The position numbers and the translations under genes were made by a program. The notes beneath the pieces are model-generated. The model saw nothing but the letters and a program-made list of their open reading frames with translations. It was not told the DNA's origin and ran no database searches. A stretch of DNA of 39,877 nucleotides from the IMG/VR virus record IMGVR_UViG_3300002182_000011, positions 1 to 39,877 of that record; one strand, written 5' to 3'. This document shows, in pieces, positions 36,651 to 39,877 of this stretch (within the stretch, counting starts at the first letter, position 1; each line of letters starts with the position of its first letter). The stretch is from a virus (Duplodnaviria; Caudoviricetes).

Positions 36651-37161
36651 TTTTACCTCCTTCTTTTAGTGCAATATCTTGCACTGAAGTTTGATTATTT
36701 TCTTCTACTTTCACGTGAAAGTTATCTTGTTTTTCTTCGTAAGTTTCTGTTTTTTCATAAGTTATATCTCTACCCATTAAAGTAGAAATAACTTTAAAAT
36801 TATATTTTTTTTCATAAGCTTTCACCCTACTATCGGCAAGAAAGATTATTCTTTTTGCTTTCTTTAATCTTCCCCATAACTCTAATAACTCAAGAAAATC
36901 TTTTCCTAACTCTTTCTGTTTAGGAGAAATATAAGCTAAATCTATAAAAACATCCGGATGAGGATTATAAACAATCTCGGCAAATAAAAAGCTGTCTGCC
37001 TTGTCTTTCTCAAAATTTACTAATAAAAGTGTATCTGAACTATCTAAATTTCGTGAAATATATTCTACATATTCTTCTACACTGCAAGGCAATTTCTTGA
37101 TTTTCTTTATAAGTTCAATTATATCAACCAGATATTGTTTATCTTTAATTGGTATAACCAT
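36616..37161 (-). CDS. GNAT-fold acetyltransferase-like protein
   Basis: AYISPKQKELGK...LELWGRLKKAKRI pattern; typical position before internal virion genes. Confidence 0.55.
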   Translation of the reverse strand: MVIPIKDKQYLVDIIELIKKIKKLPCSVEEYVEYISRNLDSSDTLLLVNFEKDKADSFLFAEIVYNPHPDVFIDLAYISPKQKELGKDFLELLELWGRLKKAKRIIFLADSRVKAYEKKYNFKVISTLMGRDITYEKTETYEEKQDNFHVKVEENNQTSVQDIALKEGGKNEPFKREKTNI

Positions 37162-37195
37162 ATTTTCACGTGAAAGTTCAGTGCAATATCTTGCA

Positions 37196-37540
37196 CTAAA
37201 ATACCAAAATTTTTACATGATTACTTGCTGTTGTGCATTTTAAATAAATATATTTTGTTGTCCAGGCAGTTGTCCCGTTATAAAGAACACCTCCATTTCC
37301 ATTTTCTAAAATTATATATCCATGAGGAACTCTATTTAAATGATGTTGTATCTGGTCTTCAGCATTTGCTGTTGCATTAGTTGTATATTCTATTTCTTCA
37401 GAATTGTTAAAAGGAATTTCTTTTGCTTTTTCATTAAAATCTAACAAATATCTTGTTATATCTTCTGCCCAACGCCTTAGCTGTGGGTCAAGCGTAGGGC
37501 TCTCTGGTAAAGATGGTAGAATTAAACTTGGTAATTTCAT
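37196..37540 (-). CDS. Tail-associated structural protein
   Basis: IQHHLNRVPHGYIIL motif common in small tail proteins. Confidence 0.6.
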   Translation of the reverse strand: MKLPSLILPSLPESPTLDPQLRRWAEDITRYLLDFNEKAKEIPFNNSEEIEYTTNATANAEDQIQHHLNRVPHGYIILENGNGGVLYNGTTAWTTKYIYLKCTTASNHVKILVF

Positions 37541-37959
37541 AGTAATTCTCCTATTGTTAATCCAATTAAAGCTCCTGTTAAAAACTCAACTGCTTTCCAA
37601 TAAAAAGTTGACGCTGTAGCTTCCCAATTAGAAAGTTTGAATAATATTATCCAAACTAAAGGTGTAATAATCTGCCAATAAGTTAAGCCTAAAAACAAAG
37701 TAGGTAAGACAAAGCAAACTCCTACTAAACCTTTCCAAAAATAGCTCTTTTTTTCGCCATAACCTAAGCTAAAAGCCACGATTAAGCCTAAACCCATACA
37801 AAATGCCTTCCAGAAAAGAAAACCACTTAGAAGGGCAATTACGCTAAAAATTAAGGGCAAAACAAACCTTCTTAACCATTTCCAACGATATCCACCTAAA
37901 CTAAATAGTAATCCACCTAAAGTTGCACTGATAATTTGTAAAACTTCTTTATCAATCAT
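37537..37959 (-). CDS. Multi-pass membrane protein
   Basis: Several hydrophobic segments; GG...KWLRRF and LGYG motifs. Confidence 0.7.
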   Translation of the reverse strand: MIDKEVLQIISATLGGLLFSLGGYRWKWLRRFVLPLIFSVIALLSGFLFWKAFCMGLGLIVAFSLGYGEKKSYFWKGLVGVCFVLPTLFLGLTYWQIITPLVWIILFKLSNWEATASTFYWKAVEFLTGALIGLTIGELL

Positions 37960-39683
37960 ATTCTACCTGCCCAATTCCAGTATAATGTGAGCATTCTGAT
38001 TTTAAATGTTTCTCCTGAATTATTATTCCTAAATCTAAACCTTATCTTTTCTGAAGTTATCCTAAAATCCAACTTATGCCAATTCATTTCTGCAGTTAAA
38101 GTCAAAGTTCCTAAATTAGTCCAAGTATTACCTTCATCAGTGGAATAATCAACAACTACAGAGTTTCCTGCTCCATAGACGTCTAATCTTGCCCAATATT
38201 TTCTCCTAACAAAATCATTCATTGTGAAATCTTTAGTTGTAAACCAACCGTCAATTGCTACACCTGCCTCATCATTTACAGTATAATCCCACTCATAGAC
38301 ATAACCAGAAGAATCCCCCAAAAGATTAGTAGGAGATAAAGCACCATAAACCCTATCATCCCATCTTGCAGTCTGACTATCCCAAGTTCCTGATAGAGTA
38401 TCCCAAGTTGCAGAGGATTGTTTTTGATAATAGCCTGCTCTTGTGATATTTTTTCTTGAGTTTCTATACCAAGCTTTTCTGATATAGTTATAAACCCATT
38501 CTGTATCTGGATAAGTAGAATCAACTGAAGGCACAAATAGATGATATTCATCTAATTCTTCAATTATTAAAGCATGGCAATTTCCTATTTTTTCTGAGTT
38601 CATCGTTGAAAATAATTCATCTTTTATTGGCTCTCCTATATCTTCAATAGTAATTCCATTGAAAGCATAAATATTATCCCAACCTAAAAAGATAAGCTCA
38701 TCTCCTACATTTCCAATAGATGCTGGAGCAGGAGTTCCTATCCCTGAAACTTTTAAATCAAAGTTAAAAATTTCTGATGTTCCTACAAGATAACCTGAAT
38801 AAATAGAGCGTTCTTTAAAAACAATTAACCTATCTCCTAAAATCTCAAGTCCAGTTATCCAGTCTACACCTTCCAATAAATCCTGATAACCTGCATTTCC
38901 AGTAGACCATTCTTCTGGATTTCCTGTATCAGACCATTGCACTCTTTGTGGATAGACAGTTGTCCCCGAAAATACATAACCTAAAACCAAATAATCTTTA
39001 TATTTTCTTATAAATTTAGCTCTGGGTGGATTTCCTCCTAAATCTGTCATAGTTCCTGAACCCGTCCATTTCTTAATTGGATTTACATAATTAGTTGCAA
39101 TAAATAAATCTGTCATTATCTCAGCATAGAATAAATTATCTTCATCTCCAGTATAGAGCTTTCTAATGCAATAACTCTGTCCTGAAGCAGTTGGTCCTTG
39201 ATAATTTGAAGCTAAAGTAATTTGTGTATCTGAATCTACGCTCTGAATTGTATACCAAGTCGTAATTTCATTTGGGTCAGTTGAGCCTACACCAAACTTA
39301 TCCCCTGCAGAAACATTACCAGTCCAAGATGTTCCTGAACCTGTGACAGTTGCTGAACTATTAGTAACAGATACTGTTCCTGTAGTATAGCAGTGAGTAA
39401 TATATTTCCAAGTATTTGCACTTACATCATAGTAATAGGCATCATCAGTTGTAATAGCAATTAACTTTTCTGTCCCATCTGTCTTATAGAATTGGTCTAA
39501 TAGCATAATTGCACCATTTAAAGGAAGATTTGAACCTTTAGTAGTATAACCTTCAATCTTTTTAAGATTAGAGAGCTTATCAATGTAGATATTCCTACAG
39601 TCGGTAAGCTCCATATCATTGATTAGAGTTCCTGCCAAGTTGTAGCGTAAACCTTTTAATGGAATATAAAGATTTGCTTGCAT
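37956..39683 (-). CDS. Tail stabilisation / tubular protein (P22 gp10-like beta-propeller)
   Basis: 575 aa; RVQWSDTGNPEEW and LIVFKERSIY motifs; podovirus tail position. Confidence 0.82.
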   Translation of the reverse strand: MQANLYIPLKGLRYNLAGTLINDMELTDCRNIYIDKLSNLKKIEGYTTKGSNLPLNGAIMLLDQFYKTDGTEKLIAITTDDAYYYDVSANTWKYITHCYTTGTVSVTNSSATVTGSGTSWTGNVSAGDKFGVGSTDPNEITTWYTIQSVDSDTQITLASNYQGPTASGQSYCIRKLYTGDEDNLFYAEIMTDLFIATNYVNPIKKWTGSGTMTDLGGNPPRAKFIRKYKDYLVLGYVFSGTTVYPQRVQWSDTGNPEEWSTGNAGYQDLLEGVDWITGLEILGDRLIVFKERSIYSGYLVGTSEIFNFDLKVSGIGTPAPASIGNVGDELIFLGWDNIYAFNGITIEDIGEPIKDELFSTMNSEKIGNCHALIIEELDEYHLFVPSVDSTYPDTEWVYNYIRKAWYRNSRKNITRAGYYQKQSSATWDTLSGTWDSQTARWDDRVYGALSPTNLLGDSSGYVYEWDYTVNDEAGVAIDGWFTTKDFTMNDFVRRKYWARLDVYGAGNSVVVDYSTDEGNTWTNLGTLTLTAEMNWHKLDFRITSEKIRFRFRNNNSGETFKIRMLTLYWNWAGRI

Positions 39684-39877
39684 TATTTAATTCCTTTTCT
39701 TAATTTTTCTATTTCTAATCTCAATTCCGTTATAAGTATTGATTGCCAAGCTATAGAACATCTCGCAACTTTTTGTTCTCCGTAATTTAACTCAACCCAT
39801 AATTCACATCCGTGCTTCAAACAAGTACTTTTAAAATAAGGACACATTACTAATCCTGCTATACCTATACCAGGAAC
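39683..39877 (-). CDS. 3' part of a Cys-rich small protein (alternative gene upstream of the tail protein)
   Basis: Open frame ...MCPYFKSTCLKHGCELW...RCSIAW...KGIK* with TAATG coupling; unrelated to 238..531. Confidence 0.7.
   Translation of the reverse strand, partial: VPGIGIAGLVMCPYFKSTCLKHGCELWVELNYGEQKVARCSIAWQSILITELRLEIEKLRKGIK

Noticed and set aside
1206-37619. All plus-strand ORFs in the track, and the nested minus ORF 38276..38551
   Set aside because: They are short shadows of well-supported minus-strand genes, with F/S/L-rich antisense composition and no recognisable motifs.

Overview
This window is essentially one complete, circularly permuted ~39.4 kb genome of an AT-rich, podovirus-like tailed phage. 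All credible genes are on the minus strand. Consensus sigma70 promoters and GGAGGTGA Shine-Dalgarno sites indicate a bacterial host. In transcription order (right to left) the modules are: tail stabilisation protein, GNAT-like protein and three ejection/internal virion proteins; an AT-rich repeat region (candidate origin); an intein-containing PurD-like ATP-grasp ligase; DNA metabolism genes (SSB-like, Hjc-like resolvase, Cas4-like exonuclease, LAGLIDADG endonuclease, ATP-dependent ligase, Ku-like protein, RadC-like protein); terminase, portal, scaffold and major capsid protein (MCP); a methyltransferase plus GT9 glycosyltransferase; then adaptor, tail fibre and lysis-like genes. The main observations are: (1) the MCP gene is split into four exons by three group I introns whose splice sites can be read from the sequence, with a free-standing LAGLIDADG gene directly behind it; (2) a candidate phage-encoded Ku plus ligase end-joining pair; (3) a genome-wide palindrome GTGCAA-N4-TTGCAC (10 copies), paired at three loci with a parS-like TTTCACGTGAAA palindrome; (4) a repeated TTGARCGTATATAT promoter-like element heading accessory gene cassettes; (5) an in-frame UGA in the glycosyltransferase gene and a candidate -1 frameshift in the lysis region; (6) the two contig ends are diverged alleles with different upstream genes. 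No integrase, DNA polymerase, tRNA or CRISPR array was recognised. All protein assignments come from motif recognition by eye, not database searches.
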